From Dethiobacter sp. (GTDB lineage: Bacteria; Bacillota; Dethiobacteria; Dethiobacterales; Dethiobacteraceae), in NCBI GenBank assembly GCA_020725465.1, contig DYEY01000031.1, positions 21,813 to 85,812 of the forward strand: DNA of 64,000 nt, read 5' to 3'. Shown piece by piece: positions 27,070 through 35,387 of the stretch. Position 1 is the stretch's first letter. Each line of letters begins with the position of its first letter. The notes beneath the pieces were generated by a model. That model was given only the letters and a program-made list of their open reading frames with translations, did not search any database and was not told where the DNA came from. The translations under genes and the position numbers were made by a program.

Positions 27070-28680
27070 ATGGTTGACGTTGACAGGGTTTCCTTCATGG
27101 AACTGACTCCGCTCAGTTTCTTGCGCCGCAGCGCCTTTGTTTACCCTGACAAGATTGCAGTGGTACACGGAAAACAGCGCTTTACCTACACCGAGTTCAA
27201 CGCGCGGGTCAACCGTCTTGCCACGGCGCTCCAGCGCGCCGGTATTGAACCAGGTGACAGGGTGGCTTTTCTGTCTCCCAACATACCGCCCATGCTGGAG
27301 GCGCACTATGGCGTGCCTCTGGCCGGCGCCATCCTGGTTGCCATCAATACCCGTCTGTCTTCCCGCGAAATTGGCTACATCCTGAACCATTCCGGCGCCA
27401 AGATACTGGTGGTGGATACCACCCTGACCCACGTGATTGAACCCATCATGGGGCAGCTGGAGACAGTAAAAAAGATTGTGAACATCCGTGACGTGGAGGA
27501 TGGCAGGGAATTGCCCGGCCCCAACTACGAAGACTTCATCGCCACGGGTAGCTCAGATAATATTCCCATCCCCATCACCGACGAACGCTCCGTCATCAGC
27601 ATAAACTACACCAGCGGCACCACCGGCCTGCCAAAAGGCGTCATGTATACCCACCGTGGCGCCTACCTCAACGCCCTGGGCGAAGCGCTGGAGATGCACA
27701 TGGACGTTTACTCCAACTATCTTTGGACCCTTCCCATGTTCCACTGCAACGGATGGTGTTTTACCTGGGGCGTCACAGCAGTGGGCGGCACCCATGTTTG
27801 CCTGCGTGCCGTGGTAGCCGCCGATATTTACCGGCTGATTGAAGAGGAGGATATTTCTCACTTTTGCGCCGCTCCCACGGTGCTTATCATGATGGCCAGC
27901 GACCCGGCGGCCAAGGAACTCCGGCTTAAGCGCAAACTGCGCATTGTTACCGCCGGCGCGCCTCCTTCCCCCACTGTTATCAGGAACGTGGAGGCCATCG
28001 GAGCGGATGTTACCCACGTCTACGGCCTTACCGAAACCTATGGCCCGCACAGCATCTGTGCCTGGCAGCCGGCCTGGGATTCCCTGCTTATAGATGAACG
28101 GGCCAGAATCAAGGCCCGCCAGGGTGTTCCCTACATCGTGGCCTTTGAAATGAGAGTAGTGGACGGAAACATGAAAGACGTGCCTGCCGATGGCAAGACC
28201 ATGGGTGAAGTGGTCATGCGTGGCAATAACGTGATGAAGGGTTACTACCTGCAGCCGGAAGCCACAGAGGAGGCTTTTTACGGTGGCTGGTTCCACAGCG
28301 GCGACCTGGCCGTGATGCATCCTGACGGTTACATTGAAATCAAAGACCGCAAGAAAGATATCATTATCTCCGGCGGCGAAAATATCTCCACGGTGGAGCT
28401 GGAAAACCTTATCTTCCAGCACCCCGACGTCCTGGAAGTGGCCGTGGTGGCTGTCCCGCACGAAAAATGGGGCGAAGTGCCCAAAGCATTCGTGGTACCA
28501 AGGCCCGGAACAAATCCCACCGAAAAAGATATCATTGACTACTGCCGCGCCAACATCGCCCACTACAAGTGTCCCAAGGCGGTAGAATTCGGCGAGCTGC
28601 CCAAGACTTCCACAGGAAAAATCAAGAAGTACGTGCTCCGCGAAAAAGAGTGGAAAGGCCACGACAAGCGGGTAAATTAA
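27070..28680 (+). CDS. AMP-forming acyl-CoA synthetase (medium/short-chain acyl-CoA ligase family)
   Basis: AMP-binding motifs INYTSGTTGLPKGV, YGLTETYG, GWFHSGDLA and STGKIKKY. The ATG at 27070 follows ggagg. Confidence 0.85.
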   Translation: MVDVDRVSFMELTPLSFLRRSAFVYPDKIAVVHGKQRFTYTEFNARVNRLATALQRAGIEPGDRVAFLSPNIPPMLEAHYGVPLAGAILVAINTRLSSREIGYILNHSGAKILVVDTTLTHVIEPIMGQLETVKKIVNIRDVEDGRELPGPNYEDFIATGSSDNIPIPITDERSVISINYTSGTTGLPKGVMYTHRGAYLNALGEALEMHMDVYSNYLWTLPMFHCNGWCFTWGVTAVGGTHVCLRAVVAADIYRLIEEEDISHFCAAPTVLIMMASDPAAKELRLKRKLRIVTAGAPPSPTVIRNVEAIGADVTHVYGLTETYGPHSICAWQPAWDSLLIDERARIKARQGVPYIVAFEMRVVDGNMKDVPADGKTMGEVVMRGNNVMKGYYLQPEATEEAFYGGWFHSGDLAVMHPDGYIEIKDRKKDIIISGGENISTVELENLIFQHPDVLEVAVVAVPHEKWGEVPKAFVVPRPGTNPTEKDIIDYCRANIAHYKCPKAVEFGELPKTSTGKIKKYVLREKEWKGHDKRVN

Positions 28681-28717
28681 TGCTTGTGCACCGGTGGGCG
28701 CAATCCAAAGATGGCAG

Positions 28718-28834
28718 GTGAGTGCAATCAGGCTGGCTGAATATCTTTTTCTTCTGAACCTGTTCAGGTTGCTTGGCTTGGCGGTGGCAGGTTTATCGGT
28801 TTACCTGCTTTATCAAGTTATCTTTAAAGCTTAA
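28718..28834 (+). CDS. candidate 38-aa hydrophobic small protein (not in ORF track)
   Basis: GTG start, translating to VSAIRLAEYLFLLNLFRLLGLAVAGLSVYLLYQVIFKA. It lies between the acyl-CoA synthetase stop and the terminator, and its RBS is weak. Confidence 0.25.
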   Translation: MSAIRLAEYLFLLNLFRLLGLAVAGLSVYLLYQVIFKA

Positions 28835-28838
28835 TAAA

Positions 28839-28872
28839 GGGCGGGGTTGTCAAAAAGCACCCCGCCCTTTTT
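28839..28872 (+). terminator. rho-independent terminator
   Basis: Hairpin gggcggggt-N11-accccgccc followed by TTTTT. Confidence 0.8.
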
Positions 28873-29086
28873 CATGAGTCGCCCGGTCTGAACCAAGCCG
28901 GAAAAAAGATATCCTGTGTGGTATTTCAGGAAAGTACCGGCTTTAGTAAGTGAATGTGTTTCCGACCCAGGTAATTTATATATAGGAGCAATTTTGCTGG
29001 GAGAAAAAAGGAGTAAAAGCCTGATGCGTAGAAATTTTAATATGCGAAATCAGTAACTGCACATATTTTAAGACAGGTGAGGTCAG

Positions 29087-29380
29087 ATGAGCGATTTACT
29101 GCACCAATTGAGAGCCGCAGCCTGGGATGCCAGGCTGAACTTTGCGCCTACGGAAGAGCAGGAACTGCTGACAGGGTTGGAAGAAGTCCTGGTCATGGTT
29201 AATGAGCTGAAAAAAGAGCTTGATACAACCGGTGAAACGCCGCTTTTCTTTCCGCCCTTACCCCTGGGCCGGATGGAGGAGGACAGACCAGGTAAGTCTC
29301 TGCCGCGGGAAGTCGCCTTGGCCAACGCTCCCGATGCCGGTTATACCTGTTTTCACGTGCCGAGAATAGTTGTGGAGTGA
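29087..29380 (+). CDS. gatC: Asp/Glu-tRNA amidotransferase subunit C-like
   Basis: ARLNFAPTEEQELLTGLEEVLVMVNEL...REDRPGKSLPREVALANAP...FHVPRIV follows the GatC pattern. Confidence 0.7.
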   Translation: MSDLLHQLRAAAWDARLNFAPTEEQELLTGLEEVLVMVNELKKELDTTGETPLFFPPLPLGRMEEDRPGKSLPREVALANAPDAGYTCFHVPRIVVE

Positions 29381-29392
29381 GAGGAGCGGGAG

Positions 29393-30763
29393 ATGACAAG
29401 GGATAATCTTACCGTAAAAGAGCTGTTTTGTTTGTATAACAGGGGAGCTGTCACCCGGGAAGAATTAAAGGTAAAGGTTCCGGAAATCCTGGAGGTCATC
29501 GACAACAGGTATCATGCGTTTATTTCCCGTGCCACAGATTTTGACCCCGGTGTTCCCCCCGCTTACCCCTGTGTGGCAGCGGACAACATCTGTACGGAAT
29601 CCCTGAATACCACCTGCGGTTCGGAGATGCTTTTGGATTACCGTTCGCCTTTCACCGCCTCCGCTTTGGATAAAGCCCGGTCTTCCGGGTTTTTTCTGCT
29701 TGGCAAGACTAACCTGGATGAATTTGGTATCGGTGACTGCACGGGGAGGTCGTTTTTTAAAACCACCTTCAACCCACTGAGCCAAGACCACCTGGCGGGT
29801 AGCGGCGCCGCCGCGGTGGTGGCGGTGGGAGGGGCTGTGGCCGGCTTTGCCTCGGACGCCCGGGGGGGACTGCGGCAGTCCGCCTCATTCTGCGGTCTTA
29901 CCGGCTTAAAACCCACCTATGGCCGGGTTTCACGGCGGGGACTGATAGAGTATGCCTCCTCCCTGGACCAAGTGGGTGTGATTACCGCCGGCGTGGATGA
30001 CGCCACCTTTGCGCTGCGCTGCATCAGTGGGCCGGACAGTAAGGACCCTGCTTCACAGGAATCTCCCCCAGATCAGGATAGCACAGCGTCCGGGTTCCGG
30101 GTTGCGGTCCCGGAGGGTTGGGATCGCGTAAGCGGCCTGAGTGCCGGGGTAAAATCAGTATTCAACAAGACCCTGTCACTGCTGGCGGAACTGAAGGTGG
30201 AAGCGGCGGAAGTACCGTTTTCTTACCTGCCCCTGGTCAGCATTACTGCCGCCATCATCGGGGCCACCGAAGCTTTCTCCAACCTGGCCAACTATGACGG
30301 CGTGCGCTTTGGCAAAAGGATGAGCGGCGACCACCTGCAGGATATGTATGTAAAAACCAGGACGGCCTTCTTCGGGCGGCGGGTAAAAGAGTTTTTGACC
30401 TTCGGCGCCTTTGTTTCCTCCGGCGGCAATTACCGGGAATACTTCCTGTGGGCCCAGCAAAACCGGGGTGCCATCCAGCGCAGGCTGATGGCTATACTGA
30501 AGGATTATGACTTTTTGCTCCTGCCCACGCTGCCATTCACGGCGCCAACCCTGGCCGAAAGCAGCGGTCTGGTCAACGGGGCGGATGTTTATACGGCATT
30601 GGCCAACCTGGCGGGGTTGCCCGCTGTTACCGTCCCGGCTGGTTTTGATGGGCGGCTTCCGGTGGGTGTTCAGCTGATCGGCAGGCCTTTTGCTGAAGCG
30701 GCGCTGCTAAAGGCAGCCAAATTGTTGGAAGAACAGGGCGGACGGGAGGTGGTGGCCCCATGA
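29393..30763 (+). CDS. GatA-like amidase-signature protein with degenerate catalytic triad (predicted glutaminase-dead)
   Basis: Collinear with GatA throughout (TTCGSEML, GKTNLDEF, CGLTGLKPTYGRVSRRGL, ASSLDQVG). However IKDNI is now AADNI, GGSSGGSAAAV is now AGSGAAAV and DTGGSIRQP is now DARGGLRQS. Confidence 0.75.
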   Translation: MTRDNLTVKELFCLYNRGAVTREELKVKVPEILEVIDNRYHAFISRATDFDPGVPPAYPCVAADNICTESLNTTCGSEMLLDYRSPFTASALDKARSSGFFLLGKTNLDEFGIGDCTGRSFFKTTFNPLSQDHLAGSGAAAVVAVGGAVAGFASDARGGLRQSASFCGLTGLKPTYGRVSRRGLIEYASSLDQVGVITAGVDDATFALRCISGPDSKDPASQESPPDQDSTASGFRVAVPEGWDRVSGLSAGVKSVFNKTLSLLAELKVEAAEVPFSYLPLVSITAAIIGATEAFSNLANYDGVRFGKRMSGDHLQDMYVKTRTAFFGRRVKEFLTFGAFVSSGGNYREYFLWAQQNRGAIQRRLMAILKDYDFLLLPTLPFTAPTLAESSGLVNGADVYTALANLAGLPAVTVPAGFDGRLPVGVQLIGRPFAEAALLKAAKLLEEQGGREVVAP

Positions 30764-32202
30764 AAAGATTTGAGCCGGTTATCGGGCTGGAAGTCCATGT
30801 GGAGCTGTTGACAGAAACCAAGCTTTTTTGCCGGTGCGCCACCGCTTTTGGCGCTTTGCCCAATGAACAGGTCTGCGAAATCTGTCTAGGCCTGCCCGGT
30901 CACCGGCCGCTTCTTAATAAAAAAGCGGTGGAATACGCCATCAGGGCGGCGCTGGCATTGAACTGCGAAATAGCGGAGCAAATTGATTTTGACCGTAAAA
31001 ATTATTTCTACTGCGACCTGCCCAAAGGCTATCAGATATCACAGTTCTTTAACCCCACCGGGACCAATGGTTATGTTGATATGGTAGTAAACGGCACTGC
31101 CCGGCGTATACGGATCAGGCAGATTCACATGGAAGAAGACGTGGGGAAGCTGGTGCACCAGGGCGAGATCATGGGCTCTGCCACCAGTCGGGTGGACTTT
31201 AACCGGGCCGGCATCCCCCTGGTGGAAATTGTAACGCAACCTGACCTCCGGTCGGCGGAAGAAGCCAGGATTTTCCTGCAAAAGCTGCGCACCATCCTGC
31301 TCTATGCCGGTGTTTCCGACTGCAAAATGGAAGAGGGCTCAATGCGCTGTGATGCCAATGTCAGCCTGCGCCCGGTGGGCAGCGGTATGCTGGGCAACAA
31401 GACGGAACTGAAAAACATGAATTCATTCCGTTCGGTGCAGCGGGGCATCGAGCACGAAATTGAGCGCCAGGAAGAAATACTGGAGGAAGGCGGGCATGTT
31501 ATCCCCGAAACCCGCCATTTCGATGAAAATCGCGGGCTTACCCGCGCCATGCGCAGCAAGTTCCAGGCGGCCGACTACCGCTGCTTCCCCGACCCAAATA
31601 TCATCCCCGTCATTCCCGATAAAGACTGGGTAGCCCGCATCAGGGAGAGCCTGCCCGAAATGCCGGACAGCCGCACTGCCCGCCTCACCGGCCTCGGTCT
31701 CCCCCCGTATGACGTGGAGATTATCACTTCCGACCGGGAACTGGCCGATTTTTACGATGCCGCCTGCGCCTCTTACCGGGAAGCCAAAACACTGAGCAAC
31801 TGGATTATGGGAGAATTTGTCAGGCTGCTTAACGCCGGCGGCATGAAAGTAAGTGAAAGCAGGGTGACCCCCGGCCAGCTGGCTGCTCTTCTCGCCCTGG
31901 TGGATAACGGCGTCATCAGCGGCAAGTCGGCCAAAGAAGTGTTTGAAGAGATGTTTGCCACCGGCAAAGACGCCGAAGCAGTGATTACGGAAAAAGGCTT
32001 AACCCAGATTTCCGACAGCGGTGAACTGGAGAAAATCGCCAACAAAGTAATCGCCGCCAACCCGGCCGTCGTGGCAGACTTTAAAAACGGTAAAACAAAA
32101 GCCATCGGCTTTTTGGTGGGCCAGGTGATGAAAGAAACCCGCGGTCAGGCCAACCCGCAGGTGGTAAACAAAATTCTGGCTGAAAAGCTGAATAACTGTT
32201 AA
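30760..32202 (+). CDS. gatB: Asp/Glu-tRNA amidotransferase subunit B
   Basis: IGLEVHVEL, DRKNYFYCDLPKGYQISQ, HMEEDVGK and a YqeY-like tail (GFLVGQVMKETRGQANP). Confidence 0.9.
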   Translation: MKRFEPVIGLEVHVELLTETKLFCRCATAFGALPNEQVCEICLGLPGHRPLLNKKAVEYAIRAALALNCEIAEQIDFDRKNYFYCDLPKGYQISQFFNPTGTNGYVDMVVNGTARRIRIRQIHMEEDVGKLVHQGEIMGSATSRVDFNRAGIPLVEIVTQPDLRSAEEARIFLQKLRTILLYAGVSDCKMEEGSMRCDANVSLRPVGSGMLGNKTELKNMNSFRSVQRGIEHEIERQEEILEEGGHVIPETRHFDENRGLTRAMRSKFQAADYRCFPDPNIIPVIPDKDWVARIRESLPEMPDSRTARLTGLGLPPYDVEIITSDRELADFYDAACASYREAKTLSNWIMGEFVRLLNAGGMKVSESRVTPGQLAALLALVDNGVISGKSAKEVFEEMFATGKDAEAVITEKGLTQISDSGELEKIANKVIAANPAVVADFKNGKTKAIGFLVGQVMKETRGQANPQVVNKILAEKLNNC

Positions 32203-32276
32203 AAAAAGGGAGGCGCAAAACAGGTGCCTACCTGACTGATAAGTAAACGGCAGATTTTGCAGCGGGAGAAATAAGC

Positions 32277-33197
32277 ATGCTGACGAGGGTAACCGGAAAC
32301 CTGTGCTTTATTGAGCGCGGGTGGCTGAACGCCAACCACTTTGTTTTCAACGGAAAGAGCAAAGTTTTGATTGATACCGCTTATAAAAAAGACCTGGCGC
32401 ATACACTGTCTTTGATCCAAGCGGCGGGGCTCGTGCCGTCTGCTGTGGATTTGATTATTTCCACCCACAGTCACTGTGACCACGTGGGCGCCAACCGCTA
32501 TATCCAGGAGCTATCCGGCTGCGCTATCGCTATGCACCCCACCGACAGGTGGCACATAGAAGAAAAGAACTCCTTTGCCACCTGGTGGAGCTACTACGAC
32601 CAGGAGGCCGATTTCTTCACAGTCACTGAGAGCCTGCGGGAAGGGGATACGGTCAACCTGGACGGCCTGGAGCTGGAGGTCATCCACACGCCGGGACACG
32701 CCGCCGGCATGATTGCCCTGTACGCTCCGGAACACCGGTTCCTGATTTCCGCCGATGCGGCCTGGGACGGCGATTTTGGTGCCTTCACCCCCCGGGTGGA
32801 GGGGCTACAGGCACCGACCTTACAGCAGCAGACCCTGGAAAAACTGGGCCGCCTCGCGGTAACAACCATTTACCCCGGGCACGGCCCCGTAATTTACGAC
32901 GCTCTTACCGCCATCGACCGCTGCCGGCAACGCCTGGAGAAATTTCTTAAAGAGCCGGAGAAAATGGGCCGCGACCAGTTGAAAAAGCTGTTTATTTACT
33001 GCCTGCTCATGAAGTCGGGCTGCGGCGCGGACAGCTTTTATGAGTACCTGATGTCCACCCACTGGTACAGGGATACCGTTGACCTGTATTTCCCAGGCCG
33101 GTACCGGGACGTTTACGACGAAACTGTATCAGGCCTGCTGAAAAAAGGGCTTATTGCCCGCGATGGCGGGCTGTTTAAAGCCTGTGTCAAAGCGTGA
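32277..33197 (+). CDS. MBL-fold metallo-hydrolase
   Basis: The HxHxDH motif is present as STHSHCDHVG, and TPGHAAG is also present. Confidence 0.8.
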   Translation: MLTRVTGNLCFIERGWLNANHFVFNGKSKVLIDTAYKKDLAHTLSLIQAAGLVPSAVDLIISTHSHCDHVGANRYIQELSGCAIAMHPTDRWHIEEKNSFATWWSYYDQEADFFTVTESLREGDTVNLDGLELEVIHTPGHAAGMIALYAPEHRFLISADAAWDGDFGAFTPRVEGLQAPTLQQQTLEKLGRLAVTTIYPGHGPVIYDALTAIDRCRQRLEKFLKEPEKMGRDQLKKLFIYCLLMKSGCGADSFYEYLMSTHWYRDTVDLYFPGRYRDVYDETVSGLLKKGLIARDGGLFKACVKA

Positions 33198-33215
33198 GTG
33201 AAAGGGGGAGCGGCT

Positions 33216-33560
33216 GTGTTCTGTCCCAAGTGCGGCGATGAATTTGTCCCCCGTATACGGGAGTGCCCGGATTGCAGGGTGCCACTGGCAACAGAGGCGC
33301 CGCCAAAACCAAAATTCGAACCGGAGTTCGTGGAACTGGTAACGGTACTGGTGACCCGGGACACGGGTGAACTGCTGATTGCCAAGTCGCTGCTGGAAGC
33401 GGAAGGGATCCGCTACCTGGCCAAGGGAGAGGGACTGCAGAACCTGTTTGGGTGCGGTAGCCTGGGTGCCGGTTATAACCTGCTGGTAGGCCCCATCCAG
33501 CTCCAGGTGGCGGCCAAAGACGCCGATGACGCCAAGGCGCTGCTTTGTACAAACAAATAA
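33216..33560 (+). CDS. zinc-ribbon plus DUF2007-like small protein
   Basis: FCPKCGDEF...CPDCRV followed by LVTVLVTRDTGELLIAKSLLEAEGIRY. GTG at 33216 has better RBS spacing than GTG at 33198. Confidence 0.55.
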   Translation: MFCPKCGDEFVPRIRECPDCRVPLATEAPPKPKFEPEFVELVTVLVTRDTGELLIAKSLLEAEGIRYLAKGEGLQNLFGCGSLGAGYNLLVGPIQLQVAAKDADDAKALLCTNK

Positions 33561-33567
33561 CGAAAAC

Positions 33568-33604
33568 AGAGGGTTTGGCTCAGCCGGCCCTCTGTGGTTT
33601 TTAA
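33568..33604 (+). terminator. rho-independent terminator
   Basis: Hairpin cagaggg-N14-ccctctg followed by tggTTTTT. Confidence 0.7.
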
Positions 33605-33688
33605 CGGATGTTACAGCTTAAGAAAAAAAAGGGGAACAAATTCTCTTTGGCTACGTCAAAACTGGTAAAAGTCAATGGGAGGTGCACC

Positions 33689-34900
33689 ATGAGAAAAGTA
33701 AACATTCTTTTAATTATTTTATTACTTTTAACGGCCGCTCTTTCCGGCTGTACCGGAAAGCCCGCTGCACCGGGCAAAGTGGAAGCTGCCACCCGTGTTG
33801 ATCCCCGCCTGGTGGAAGCCAACACCCGGTTTGCTTTTGAGCTCTACCGGGAACTGAACCGGGACAGGGATAAGGAAAACATTTTCTTCTCTCCGGCCAG
33901 CATTTCCTTTGCCCTGGCCATGACGTTTAACGGGGCGGCGGGGGAAACCGCCGAGGCTATGGCTAAGGTTTTGGGTATTGAAAACCTGAGCCTGGAGGAC
34001 CTGAACAAAGCCAACGCCGACCTGCGAACCATCCTGTTAAATCCCGATCCCAAAGTGGAGACCGGTATCGCCAATTCCCTGTGGGCGGAAAAGGACGCCC
34101 GTATTAAGGAAGACTTCCTGCAGCGAAACAAAAAATATTACGGCGCGGCGGTGGAAAGGCTCAGTTTCAGCGACCCCGGCGCCCCGGCGGTTATCAATAA
34201 CTGGGTGGAAGGAGCGACCCGGGGCAAAATCAAAAAACTGATAGAAGAGCTTAATGAGGATATGCGCCTTGTCCTGGTCAACGCCCTTTATTTCAACGGG
34301 AAGTGGACGGAGACTTTTGACAAAGAGTATACGCGGCAAGCCGACTTTTTCCTCCCCAGCGGTACGGCGAAGCAGGTGCCCATGATGTACCGGAAAGGCA
34401 GCATACCTTACTACGCCGGGGATGGGTTTAAAGCGGTAAGCCTTCCTTACGGAAAAGAGCGTCTCAGCATGTATATCTTTGTTCCGGAAGACGCTGACAG
34501 CTTTGCAGCTGGGCTCGACGCAGGCACCTGGAATTCGTGGATGAGGGAGTTCACCTCCCGGGATGTGGCCCTGTACCTGCCCCGGTTCAAGGCTGATTAC
34601 GATGCGTCACTGGCCGACGCTCTGAGCAGCCTGGGCATGGGCGTCGCTTTCAGCGACCGGGCCGACTTTTCCGCCATGACACCGGATAGCAACTGGACCA
34701 TCTACGACGTCATCCACAAAGCCACCATCGAGGTGGACGAAGAGGGCACCGAGGCTGCCGCCGTTACCGGCGTGGTGGTGGGCATCACCTCTTACATCGA
34801 GCCGCTGGAAGTACGGGCCGACCGGCCGTTCTTCTTCGCCATCCGCGACGACCTGACCGGAACCATCCTCTTTATGGGCAAAATCGCCAATCCACAGTAA
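33689..34900 (+). CDS. serpin-family protease inhibitor with lipoprotein signal peptide
   Basis: The lipobox is LLTAALSGC. Serpin motifs NIFFSPASISFALAM, NALYFNGKW, the hinge EEGTEAAAVTG and the C-terminal ADRPFFFAIRD are present. The ATG at 33689 follows gggagg. Confidence 0.85.
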   Translation: MRKVNILLIILLLLTAALSGCTGKPAAPGKVEAATRVDPRLVEANTRFAFELYRELNRDRDKENIFFSPASISFALAMTFNGAAGETAEAMAKVLGIENLSLEDLNKANADLRTILLNPDPKVETGIANSLWAEKDARIKEDFLQRNKKYYGAAVERLSFSDPGAPAVINNWVEGATRGKIKKLIEELNEDMRLVLVNALYFNGKWTETFDKEYTRQADFFLPSGTAKQVPMMYRKGSIPYYAGDGFKAVSLPYGKERLSMYIFVPEDADSFAAGLDAGTWNSWMREFTSRDVALYLPRFKADYDASLADALSSLGMGVAFSDRADFSAMTPDSNWTIYDVIHKATIEVDEEGTEAAAVTGVVVGITSYIEPLEVRADRPFFFAIRDDLTGTILFMGKIANPQ

Positions 34901-35058
34901 CCTGCATTACACGATTTCAAAACCCTGCGTTCTTTAAGCCTTGCCGCCCCCGTGTTTCCAGCATATTGTCCAGGGCGTGCCAATAAGCTCTGATATGGAA
35001 ACTCCCTCTGCTGCACACATCACTCCCTGAAACCGGGAAAAAAATGGGCGGAACTCCC

Positions 35059-35087
35059 TTGACTTTTGGAGGGTGCGGTGCTAATAT
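35059..35087 (+). promoter_or_regulatory. sigma-A promoter TTGACT-17 nt-TAATAT for the arg leader
   Basis: TTGACT lies at 35059-35064 and TAATAT at 35082-35087. Confidence 0.6.
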
Positions 35088-35094
35088 AGTTAAA

Positions 35095-35352
35095 AGTTAT
35101 ATATTTTAAGGCCATGATGGGGAGAGTAAGCCTGCGGGAAGACAAAGCGAGCCGGGGATGGTGGAAGCCCGGTACGGAAGGCAGGACGAAGCGCACCCCG
35201 GAGCCGCGCGCCAAAAGGCTCATGCCGAGTAGGTTGCGCCGGGTAAAGCCCGTTAAAGCAGGCCGCGATAAGCGGAGTAAGCGGGCCTTTCAGGCCAACA
35301 AAGGTGGTACCGCGAGATAAGCCTCTCGTCCTTTACGGGCGGGAGGTTTTTT
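35095..35352 (+). promoter_or_regulatory. T-box riboswitch leader (candidate Arg CGC specifier) with intrinsic terminator
   Basis: Stem I elements are present (gggagagt, gcgagccggggatggtggaagcccgg). The candidate specifier reads GAA-G-CGC-A at 35188-35195, and the T-box core AAAGGTGGTACCGCGAG lies at 35300-35316. The terminator cctctcgtcc-ttta-cgggcgggagg plus T6 lies at 35322-35352. Confidence 0.8.
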
Positions 35353-35387
35353 GGTTCCAAATGTTTTGACGGGAGGCAAAGACGGAA

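Noticed and set aside
28926-28955. A sigma-H-like TCAGGAAAG … GAATG upstream of gatC.
   Set aside because: The AGGA-to-GAAT distance is 24 nt, against 21-22 nt in the other instances, and the -35 part deviates from GCAGGAAT.
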